From assembly GCA_963693365.1 (NCBI GenBank), contig CAVNZM010000012.1, positions 930,001 to 994,000 on the forward strand: a DNA stretch of 64,000 nucleotides, read 5' to 3'. The translations under genes and the position numbers were made by a program. Shown here one piece after another: positions 1 to 20,482 of the stretch; positions within the stretch are counted from its first letter, which is position 1, and each line of letters starts with the position of its first letter. A model generated the notes under the pieces. That model made no database searches. It saw only the letters and a program-made list of their open reading frames with translations, and was not told where the DNA came from. Origin of the DNA: Amoebidium appalachense. Its lineage: Eukaryota; Protista; Ichthyosporea.

Positions 1-232
1 GCGTATGTAATAGGCAGTTATGATGTAGTGCCCTGTTGGACATTCGGAATGGTTTATTGCAGTGCGAGTATTCATATGGGACAATTTTGGGAATGAAGCC
101 ATCCAATGAGCTGGATGCAAAATGTAAAACTTTTGGAGCCATTCTCTCTCTAGCCGTCTAGCGCACTTTGTTGTGTATCTCTCAAGTACTAAATTACTCG
201 CGCGCCAATAACACACGCACGCACACACGCAC

Positions 233-335
<103 letters not shown>

Positions 336-536
336 CCCAGGCGAATTTTAACGACCAAGGCCATTTTCAATCCCTAGGAAACCATGTTGCCCCATATATA
401 TTCAAAGCGCATCAACAACTCAGCCTTCGTATGAACCTCACCGTGATATTGCTACCGTATATTCCTACCATTCGTACCTCTCTCTGTTTTTTTCTCTCAT
501 ATTTACCAGCAACGTTTAACATCTTTTAACCCAAAG

Positions 537-9130
<8,594 letters not shown>

Positions 9131-10396
9131 TTGGCCGCTTTTAGCAATCATCCGCCAATCACAGACCGATTCAAGTGCACCCAATTACCAAACACGCCCA
9201 TCCATGCCTTGAGGTGAAAAAGAATCGAATTTCGGGGCTTTTTATTGGCTGTTGGGTTCGGATTTTAATTGTCGACGGTTGCCTCGATATGGAGTGAAGG
9301 TGTGTTTGGGCCGCGGTTTGTGATTTGGTGAGTTGTCATGCAGTAAGGGGGGGGGGTGTTTTCTACATAGCCCCCATGCCCACCTGGTATAGTCTTACTT
9401 ACAGAAGTGAGGTCTGATGAAGGGAAGAACGATTAGGTGAGATCGGTGATGATTACGCGATGGTTTGGTGTAAATTAGGTTGCTGCTAGGATACACCCGG
9501 TGTATTGTTAGGTTTTTCAGCGTCGTTTGTGATGAGATGAGATTTGTGAAGGAATGGGCTGGTCTTTTGTGTGGGAGGTTTTGGTGTCGTATTATTATAA
9601 AGTCTGTGTGGGTCAAATATATCGGGTTAAATCAGGCGCCCACACACTCATGTAACACGCGTAACACCAACGTACGCTTAAAGATAATATGTATATAACC
9701 CGTTTTGCAACATGCACACAGACACAGAAAGACACAAGTACAGATACACGCTCACGTACACACATACAGACACACGCTGGGTAGGTAGATTTTGCACGTT
9801 GGAATCGAATGGTGTGGGGAGAGTAACGGATTCCGTGATGATGAATGCCGTTTAGAACATGCATGGGTCTAATATAGACCGTATAATCATGTAAAATAAT
9901 AAGCTTTTTAACATAGCGGGGGTGGTTTGTTTTGTTGTTGTTTGTTTTTCCCCCCTGTGTGCATGCAGATTGGCGTTTGCGAGAGGTAGTACCATTATTA
10001 GTCCCGGGTTAATTATTGGTGTGACACGTACCTTAACTTTTATCCACAATCCCAGTTCATGTACGTACACCGATGAATTTCCCAACCTCTCCCTTTTCCC
10101 CATCTCCCTGTAGTGTATGTGCCCTTTAACATCGCAAATGGTTTTAACACATTTTAAGTGTAGTGTTGTACTTTAGCGTGTGAGATACTGCGGACTGATT
10201 GGTCCGTTGAAATAAGGTAAAATTATAAGCACGTGACTTGTGCGTCGGAGCTAAATAATTTTGTCTGCAAAACATGTTTCTTTCAGGACTCCTCCCTCTC
10301 CCCCCCCTCCCACCCGCCCCCCTCCCCATCTTCCCCTCTTCATTTCCCTTCTCTCTTTCAGGACCCCCCCCCCCCCCCTCCCCCCCAAAAAAAAAT

Positions 10397-10461
<65 letters not shown>

Positions 10462-11100
10462 CCCCCCTCCCCCCCCCTCCCCCCCCCCCTCCCCCCTCCC
10501 ACCACACACACACACACCTACCCCCCACACAATCACAAAATCAGCAAACACCTATCAGTTCTGTCTCACGTCGCCAACATGCGTGTTCATACCACACATG
10601 TACACACAAGTAACTAATAAATAGCACAGGTACACAAAAGTACATAATAGCACACTCACACACACGTGTACACTTTCTACACACAGATTCTTGACATCCC
10701 GAAACATCGGGCACATATACAGGTGCTGGGGACACACAGGACATCCTATATACCACCAGCCTGTCCTCCCCCCCCCCCCCCCCCCCCCCCCTCCCCCCCC
10801 CCCCCCACACACACACACACACACACATACACACACACACACTTAGCTTTCCCCCCCCTCCCCAGCTCCTTCTCAGCACAGAAAAGAGTGCACTCGGTTA
10901 TCGGCATTCCTGTGTACATTTATTGTGAAGGACGAAACTATCCATAGCAGTAGCAAAGGGATTCTGATATTACTTGTGCAGATATACTACATAAGACACA
11001 TCTGACAATTTCGCAAATTCGATACACTGCTTAACCAAAAAAAATATAAAACGACATCATCTATACAAGCGTGATAGCAGTATACACCAGTTTCATCCAT

Positions 11101-11595
11101 TGTTTAGGTTTTATTTGTGGAAATTATTGACATAAATATTTTTCTGGGTAAACACGTAGGATGGGTGTCCGATATCAACAGACTTCGTTTCATGTTTTAG
11201 CAGTTCGCGTTCGGCTGCCCGCATACGGGCACCTATTAGCCGATCAAAACATCAGATTCCACAGATCACTAGACCGAGTTTGATTGGCTCAGGATCAGAT
11301 TTCACATAACACTAGATCGATTTTGATTGGCTCAGATCGGTAGCCTTAGGTATATAAGCACGACAGTTTTTAGCAGATCAGCAAGCAACAAACACATCTT
11401 CTGTGTTTAGCACCTACAGCTTTACAGCTATATTTTTCTTTTTTTTTCACCCACCCACCTACACCCTACACTCAACCCCCATTGATCCCCACATACGTGC
11501 TGTTTTTTCACGGGGCGAAGACTTCCCCCCGTTTTTTGGGCACAAGGACCTCACGGATCAATAAATTGATGACTGGGGGCTTGCCGTGGTTTACA
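11101..11595 (+). mobile_element. Probable solo LTR
   Basis: Starts TGT and ends ACA, flanked by TCCAT/ACCAT (4/5 TSD match). Internal order is U3-R-U5-like: a tandem ~43-bp repeat with GATTGG (11250-11337), TATATAAG (11351-11358), then AATAAA (11560-11565). Confidence 0.45.
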
Positions 11596-11866
11596 ACCAT
11601 TGCAGGTTCACTTTCGTCCAAGGGGATGTCCCCCTAGAGGCAACACACGTCCCGGAGTAGTTTTCATAGAACTGCTTATATATTGACATTTATATCAAGC
11701 ACATGTAATGATGCGAATATGTACCACCTACGGGATACGTTTTACATCCGTAGACATATCCCAACACAAATATACCATTTTTCTTCAGAACTTCATCGGA
11801 CCCCTAAAGCCAAATCATACATTGAACAGTGATATACCCGATGAATTTTCGCAATTTCAGCTTTGT

Positions 11867-12258
11867 CTACATCTTTGGCAGCCGCTCGTTGGGATCAGGC
11901 TGGGACTGGCGCCGGCCAATCTTGTGAATAGATAACTCCAAGTCGAGATAACTGAAAGGGCCGTGGCTGTAGTATATCTCCTCGGTGGGGTCGGTGCCGT
12001 CCTTCTTGGCCATCATCTCCTGTGCAGGGAGGGCCCCGTTCTGCAAAATGGATAAGTGGGTGGTGTGTGATATACAATATGTAAAATGGTATGTATACGC
12101 CAAGGGTCAGATCTGGATAATGGGGATATTTGTATGTGGAAACGATGTACGGTGTCGACCATGGCTCTCTGAATGTTTCTGATCCGCATCCTTTTAATTC
12201 TCCAGATTCGGACGGTGAGGAGGGGGGGGTGCGTGGGTGGGTGCGTGGGTGGGTGCGT

Positions 12259-12289
<31 letters not shown>

Positions 12290-12345
12290 GGGGGGGCTGG
12301 AGATTCGGACGGGGAGGAGGAGGGGGGTGAGGAGGTGGGGAGAGA

Positions 12346-12383
<38 letters not shown>

Positions 12384-12844
12384 GGGGGGGGGGGGGGGGA
12401 TGGGAGGGGGGGGGATGGGGGGATGGGAATAAATTTCAAGTGATCAGCCTGAGCCAGGCACCGTGGAAACGTTACATGTCAATGATGGCCGGGTAGTATG
12501 TATGTGAGAAATGAATCACTGAGATAAAGGTAGAGGAATAGAGGAAAGCTGTGTGTGTGTGTGTTGATGGGTGGGGTGGGGGTAGGTGGGGAGGGGGCGG
12601 GGGGGGGGGGGGGGGGGGGGGGGGGGAGAATTAGTTCAGCAAAGGCAAAGGGAGGGAAGGCACTAGAGTGAACCTTCCTTTTCGAACTGGTGGGGAGGAG
12701 GAGGGGGAAGGGCGGGAATCCAATGACGGGTGGGGAGAGAGGGGCGGAGAGGGGAGGGGAAGGGAGGGGAGCGGGAGGGGTGGGGGGGTGGGGTGGGGGG
12801 TGTTGGGGGAAGGAGAGGGCCGGAGAACTGGGAGGAGGCGAGTG

Positions 12845-12890
<46 letters not shown>

Positions 12891-13236
12891 GAATGAATGT
12901 AGGTGAAAAAACTATGAGAATGCCACAGTTGCAAGCGATTGGTTAGAAGGGAGAGCCGGGGAAAAGCCCATGGTAGAGGCTAAAGAGGGGGAGGGGCGAG
13001 GGGGGGGGGGGGGGGGGGGGGGGCAGAAGGACGAAGGGGAGGGCCGAGAGGGGGAGAGGGGGGGAGGGGGGGGAGGGGGCGGGGGGGGGGGGGGGGGGGG
13101 GGGGGGGAGCAGGAATGAATGTAGGTGAAAAAACTGAGGTGCCACAAAACTTTGAGAATGCCACAGTTGCAAGCGATTGGTTAGAAGGGCGAGCCGGGGA
13201 AAAGCTCATGGTAGAGGCTAAAGAGGGGAGGGGCGA

Positions 13237-13269
<33 letters not shown>

Positions 13270-14039
13270 TGAGGTTGAAGGCATCCGGAGAGGGGTGCGA
13301 AGGGTTGGAAAGGGGAGCGAAAAGGGAGTTATGGGGATGGGGGGATGTGGGGAGGGGGGGACAGGGCGGGGGAGAGGAAGGGGGGGGGGAGGGGGGGTAC
13401 GAATACATGTGGAGGAAGATGGAAGGGGCTGTGAGGGGGTGGTTGGGGAGGGGAAGGGCCGGGGGGGGGGGGGGGGGGGGGGAGGGGGGGAGAGAGGAGA
13501 GAGGGGGGGGGGGGGGGGGGGGGGGGGGGGATAACACCAACCTTTGCCCCCATGTGACCCTTCGGGCTGCCTCCTTGCACAGGCTCGACCTTTGTCCCTT
13601 TTGCGTTGATTGGCTCAGCAGGGGGGGGGGGCTCATAGCCCACCACCCCAGCCTTGACTAGGGGGGCAACGTGCGTGTCCTTTCCAGCGACAAATTCCCT
13701 CTTCTCTGATTGGGTCTTATCGGTGGATCCTCGGTTTTCATTGGTGGCTGTGTTGGGTGTGGCACCCGACGGTTTGGCTGACTTCACGCTGAGTCCCTGC
13801 GCTCCGATTGGTTGGGCGGGCGGATCACATAACACCTCGAACTTTCCGGGGGGTTCTGGAACGGCGGACACACGTGCCTTGGAGCCCGCTTCCCCTTTGC
13901 CCTCCTCCACCTGCGACGACTTGGTCACCATGCGGCGCATACCAAAAAAGGCAATGGCACGGGGAATGTGATTGGCTCCAGATGTAATAGGTGTGATGGT
14001 TGCAGGGATGATGTGGATTATTTTTGAGACTGAAGTCAT
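11867..14039 (-). CDS. NDUFV3: NDUFV3-like mitochondrial complex I accessory subunit, long-linker form (~223 aa, 2 coding exons)
   Basis: Coding exon 14039-13542 (ATG at 14039, upstream acceptor at 14085, donor AAG|GTTGGT) splices in phase 0 to 12040-11867 (ttttgcag|AAC...TAG). The N-terminus MTSVSKIIHII...AIAFFGMRRMVTKSS has no acidic residues and looks like a mitochondrial presequence. The C-terminus EEIYYSHGPFSYLDLELSIHKIGRRQSQPD resembles the NDUFV3 motif (Y..h...ytf.Dl.le+.K.R.pQP). Possible 5'UTR exon donor near 15498. Confidence 0.65.
12888..13240. repeat. Intronic tandem duplication (~110-130 bp core) bounded by poly-G
   Basis: CAGGAATGAATGTAGGTGAAAAAACT...GAGAATGCCACAGTTGCAAGCGATTGGTTAGAAGGG...ATGGTAGAGGCTAAAGAGGGG occurs at ~12888 and ~13110. 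Confidence 0.85.
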
Positions 14040-17000
14040 GTTGACGGTGGAAATTATTCTTAGTCTCGGGGATCCGGTCACAGCCTGTGTAAAAAAAAAT
14101 ATATATAAAAATGTGTTAAGAGATTTGGCTCTCTCAAGGATTTGTTGATGACGTGCTTTCTCAGGTGTATCAGGTCGAAGGAGGAAAAGAAAAAGAAGAA
14201 AACCATGGGAGGGTGAGGTGCGGGGGTGGATGACCCTCCGTCCAAAAGGGTTACTTTGCGGAGAAAGTCATCAATGTGCCTTTCTCTCCCTCACTTTTCA
14301 CCTTCACGTTTCTTTCCTTGATTTTCTTCCCCCCCCCCCCCCTCCCCCCCCCTCCCCCCCCCCCCCTCCCCCCCCTCCCCCCGCCCACCCGCCTGCCCGT
14401 CCGCCCGCCCGCCCGCCCGCCCGCCCGGAAGGGGGTATGTTGCATCAAAGGAAGGAAGGGGGGGGGGGGGGGGGGGGGGGGTTAACGGAGGTCTGAGATA
14501 GGAAGGGGGGAGGGAGGAGGAAGGGCCTTTCACTTTATTTGCACTATTACCTAAAGTGAAAACTGTCAGACACAGTGTTACTGAGAATCCGAAACAGAGA
14601 GGAGCCGGGGGGGGGGGGGGGGAGGGGGGCCAAGGGAGCCTCGGCCTAAGGGAGAGCATATGCCAGAGGGAGTATGGACGTAGTAATATATGAAGAGGGA
14701 GACTCGGAGACAGAGATTCTAGATAAAGAAATTGGAGCACGAAAGAGGGAGAGACACTGGCCACAGAATAGCACTTCATATGAGGAAGGAGCAGGAGAAA
14801 CGCAAGGCGGGAGAGGTGGGGATTTGGCGGAAGGGGTGGGGGGGGGGGTGGGGGGGGGGGGAATTAGATCAAAAATGGGGTGGGGGGGGGGTAAGTCGGC
14901 AAATAGAGAGGGGGAAGGGGGGGGGGGGGGGGGTAAGTCGGCAAGAAAGAGAGGGGGAGGGGGGGGGGGGAGGATGGAGGGAGAGTGAGAGAGCCTCGGG
15001 CAGAGAGAGAAAGGAGGAGCTCGAGAGGGATTGGGGGGGGGGGGGGGGGGGAGGGGGGGAGAGAGAGGGAGGAAGGGGGGAGGAAGGGGGGGGGGGGGGG
15101 GGGGGGGAAGGAGGGAGGGGAGGGGGGGAGGGGGGGGGGGGGGGGGGGGTAAGGGAGAAAGGGATAGAGAGACAGAAATAAGGGAACACCTTGAGGGAGT
15201 GTCACTGAGTCTCGGAGGGAGAAAGGGGTGGATACTATCAGGGCAAGGGCCTCGGGAGAGACTGCCAACAGAGAGGGAGAGGGTGTGTGTATGTGTGTGT
15301 GTGTGGGGGGGGGGGGGGGGGGGGGGGGGGGGGAGACAGGGGTGACCATCAAAGAAAACTACTGGGCCAGCTTTTAATGGATAAATGTGCACATGACTGT
15401 TCAAGAAGTTCAATGGCATATTGCTGTTACTTGCTATCTAAATTCACAAGGCAACTGAAAATTGCCATGGAGATCTAGAGAACCGTGTTTTTCCTTACCT
15501 TCTTGGCACCAACCGTCTCTGAAGCGAACTTTCGCGTTGATTATGAAACATAGGCCTTTACAGTAGTTGGTGACGTGTGATATAAACCTTTTTTTCTCTC
15601 CTCCTTCCTTATAGTATTATTCATTGTTGCTCTTGTTTTCGTGTTTTGTGTGGCGGGTACAATCAGAATGACAGCGCTGCAGTCAGCAAATAACCCCGAC
15701 ACCATCCTCATCAACGTTTTGGGCCAAGCTTGGTAGGTGTCATGTCCTTTTTTGCTGACACTTTCGTGATTATTTTCAATATCATGGCGATGCAGCCGTG
15801 TTGATAATTACTGTCATAGCACATAGGTAAGGGCAAAAAGGGCAGCCAAAAAAAAAAAAAAAAAAAAAAAAAAGGAAGAAAAAGGAAAAAACGGGAAAAA
15901 AGGGCATTAAACATACTATACGTGTTGTCTTAATGGATTCGTAGTGAGCTCGGAAGTAATGAAGTTGCATGTTCAATCAGTATATTTCCACCGTAAGCAA
16001 TTGCAATCCCACTAACTTGGCAGCATGTATGCATATGTACAGGTCGTGGACTCGAATCTCGTGGCCGTGGTGAAGCTTGCACACACATTTGGATATTGCG
16101 GTGTCCACGCGCTATAGCAAGCCACACACGCACGATAATAGCATGATCATGAGCTCTATAGGTGTGTTTACATTTACATTTACAGGTGCACTTTCAGTTT
16201 GGACACTTGACAGGTGCCACAGTGTACGTGCCTGTGTGACTGTACGTGGTGTCCACGTTCTAACCGTTCGACGGATGATCACATTTGCCTGTGTGTGTGT
16301 CCGGTTATACTGAAGAAGGCACAAAAGACCATATTACATACGGGAATTATTCAAACAAACAAACAGAATGCACGATAATATAGTACGCATAGCGATATCA
16401 GCCTTTCCTGCCGTTATCACACGGCTGTGATGGTGACTGTTATAACGTGATGTAGCGCTCAGCGTGCACACGTGTACTGTACATACAGGTACAGTAGCAT
16501 GGGGTTTCGTCCCATGACACACTGATTTATTGCCGTGGATTTTTCAATTCTATTTATTGCAGAACAGCGCTGTGCCTTGGACCAATGAGCAACAATGGCC
16601 TCATTTGAATCTCGCCACCTTGCCATATTTGCGCTGAGAAAAGATCTACCAATCATTGCTACTACTCGCACAAATGTTTTTTAGATCCGGAAGGACATCT
16701 TCGGAATCTTGTGTTCCTTGCCGAATGCCGACCGATGAACTTTCTGACAAAAAAATTGACATTAGTAAAAAGGTATACACAGTTTTAATAAATGGAAAAG
16801 GCAAAGACTGTAAGGTAAGTCGGACCACAGAGTCAGGAATGTGCAACGCCGCCACCGTGACCGTGTCACGGCCCAAGTCAGCCGCCAATGACAGGGCCCG
16901 GCAACACCATTGCATGATCCTAATGGTGACGTCCATGGGCACACGGCGATGTTGGAATGCACTTACCCTGTATGGCGCTGGAATCTGCGGCAAATACTGA

Positions 17001-19032
17001 TCCAGTTTCTTTTGTTATTACATTGCAGTTTATTCAGAATAGAAGTTACTTTATCGGCACCTACTTTATTCAGTTTTTTGGCGCAAGGCCGGGCCACGCG
17101 GCCCGCTTTCAGTGAACAAAATGAAAATAGCAACACCAATCACTTCATCTAGCCAATCACAAACTACACTCGAACCTGGGCTTCTCGTTGCTTCCGGACC
17201 GACGGTCCACCAATCATGCTTTCCAAAACATATGTACTCCATGATATGTTGTAGAGCCCTTAAACATATTTTATCATAACACAATCTAATAGTATATGAT
17301 AAGTATATCGCGATATACTTATTATACACTATTTGATGCTGTCCATTTTACCATAGTGACTTTTGAAATAGTTTACTGCGTTCGAACGCCCTGGTGCGCA
17401 TTCCGATGCGTCCCCCTCCAATCAAAAGACGATCTGGCTAGAGATATCATATCACAACCTATCACAACGTCGTATATCTTTTGGCCCCCCCCAATGAGCG
17501 ATATACAAACTTTTCTCGGCATCTGTACGATATTTATAATATATACTATCTACAATGTGGAATAGTAAAACATGTCTGTTGTTGCATACAAACGTACTAT
17601 ATTTATTTATACACATAAATGGCGAGCCCATTACACAGGCATGGGGCTACTGTACATGTGAAATAAAATCATTATCACCATCGATGATGATGATCACGAA
17701 AGTTTATCCGAACGGTGCGAATTCCAAGCCATGTACATATGTTCATGCGCATTTTCCTGCATGCGCACTTGCCGACTGAAGTATTCTACAGTACCCTCTG
17801 CATGAACGGGAAGACAGACATGTGTACACATGCATATGTGGCGTGAAGTACGTGTAAATAGAAAAAACATACAAGTATGATGATATCAGTGTGAATGAAG
17901 AACGTTCTTGCCAAAATTATTCGCGGATCCGGGTCCGGGAGGCACCCGTCCCCTCGCTTTTCCATGTCGTCACCATCACGGCACAATCATCATCGGCACT
18001 AGGGCGACAGACGGCGACTGAGGTCTGGACAAGGTCACTGTGACGTCATTGACACGTGCCACTGTTAAGTATACATGGCACACATCAAGTTGTCGGTGAT
18101 ACAACTTGTGCATTTTTATGGGTGCACTCTCTGATTTTCAATCATCATTGAATTGATGCCTGAAACATGCGAACGCATGTTTCTAAAATTCATTGCAAAA
18201 CGAGGGCTCGTGCCACTGTGAAACTCACTAATGAGAGTCACTATTTGCCGTTAAATTGTTTAGCTAATGATAACCCGTGCGTTCCGACCGTTTCGAGTGT
18301 ACGTACGTCTTATGCACCTTCAGCACAAAAGCTGCAGAAAGCATAGATCTTTCTTCTTTTTTGTTCAGATAACGATGTCGTCAAACTTACGGTAGTCACG
18401 GAAATAAAACACAGCAGGATCCTTCGAATACAAGTCACTAATCATATGTACACAACTTGTATGCACTCGTACGCGCATGTTTCACAACGCACCACGCAAA
18501 AATCTGATGTGTGATTAGCAAGTGCTACAACATCTGTACTCAGTGTACAATAGAAATCACCCTTCACACTGCAGCCGGGGGCCTGCAACTTCTTTCGAAG
18601 ACACTGAAATTTGCACCTTGTCGTTCTGAAGCAAACACCTTCAGAACCGCCCCACGTAGCACTGCACTGTTCAGATTCAACTATTCGGTTATTGTTTGCC
18701 ACCGTGACGGGCACTCAGTGGCAAGCCCTAGCCTCGAAAGTGAATATTTCAGAGGGATCAAAGCCATCATTGTCGACTGGCTGAGCGACAATGCAAAACA
18801 TAAAATAAGGTAAGGTGCGGGCCGAGCTTCCCCCAAATCCATTGTTCCACATCGTAACTATTCCAGTGATGCAGTTTTCCTTTCTTTCTTTCTTTCTTTC
18901 TTTTCTTTCTTTCTTTCCGGCTTTCTCTTTCACTTTATTCTCTTTTCTTTATCTTTTTTTTTTCTTGTGTGTGAGTGAGGGGGGAGAGGGGAGGGGGTGG
19001 GGGTGGGGGTGGGGGGGGTGGGGGGTGGTGGT

Positions 19033-19063
<31 letters not shown>

Positions 19064-20124
19064 GGCTGGGTCATCCTGTTGCCACATTTCGCTACTACGG
19101 TACAGAATAGTACAAACATTGACTATAATTTCCGATATGATTCATGTTTTTTGGTGCAGTGGGTGTGGCAAAACTTTAGAAAATGCCTAAATGCAGTGCT
19201 AGAATAACGTTTAATGAAACTCCCACTCAGCTGATTCTCCAAGAATTGCAACTTCCAAAGGCTGCAAATTCAACCGTGTTAGTGCCGGGAATGTCACCGT
19301 ACGTATCAGAATTGTGCAGACCACATCAGCCAGCAGCAGAGGACTGAGTAGAGCCCAACGTTAACTGTGTGGAACGAGTCGTAAAAGGCTCAGGCTACCA
19401 GTAGGTGAGTGTTTTACTTGGAATGTGGACACACGGCGCAAGCGCTAATTGTTGAATATATTAGTGAATTGCCAAGTGCTGCCGATGCACATACACTGCA
19501 CAACATGAACCGCTAATTTCTACTTGACACCTTATTGAAGCATGCTCGTGAGTTTTTACTAGTACTCAAGAGTCTTGAGTGCGACTCCACCTCCTCGTGC
19601 GAGATATACTACACGCGAATGCCTACATGTTCTATTTTCCAATGCACTGATATCGATCATATCCAAACTGCATGATGTCATATGAAGTACTGAAACGTTT
19701 ATTCCTGCAACCTTGTTTCTATATATGAAGGCTATGCAAATAAAAAAAAAAAAACCAAATTTAAAACAAGAGGTTGCCATTAGTTTGTGGTGACACACTA
19801 TGTACCGTGTTCCCAAAGCCATTTATAGTGGTACACACATCTGGCAGCCTGCTCAAAGTTTGTCGCCGTTAACGGTTCCTCCAGGTTGATCATCCTATTG
19901 CCGAAGGTCGAAAAATCACACTTTAACAGGATATTGTAGTACGTCTTTACGTAGAGTGGTTAAACCGTTGCACTGAAATTCATATGTCTGCAAATCTTTT
20001 GGACCCTACAATGGAGTAAGTTACTAAACTCGCACAGTAGGTGATGTGTGCGGATATATGGTCACTGTAAACACTGGCTTGAAGCATACTGGATACGTGC
20101 TCATTGACAACGGGTTTGACCCTC

Positions 20125-20195
<71 letters not shown>

Positions 20196-20245
20196 ACAGA
20201 CCGTCCGCGCACACACACACACACACATACACACACACAGACCGT

Positions 20246-20300
<55 letters not shown>

Positions 20301-20311
20301 GTCCACACACA

Positions 20312-20386
<75 letters not shown>

Positions 20387-20482
20387 CCACCACCACCACC
20401 ACCACCACGTGACAACACCCCTTTCCACACAACTTCCCAAACTTTGTCATCTCAAACAGTGACAGGCACAGCAACTGAACCC

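Noticed and set aside
16656-17000. 114-aa ORF, and the 100-aa ORF at 18511-18813
   Set aside because: No recognisable motifs or codon bias, and no phase-consistent partner exons.
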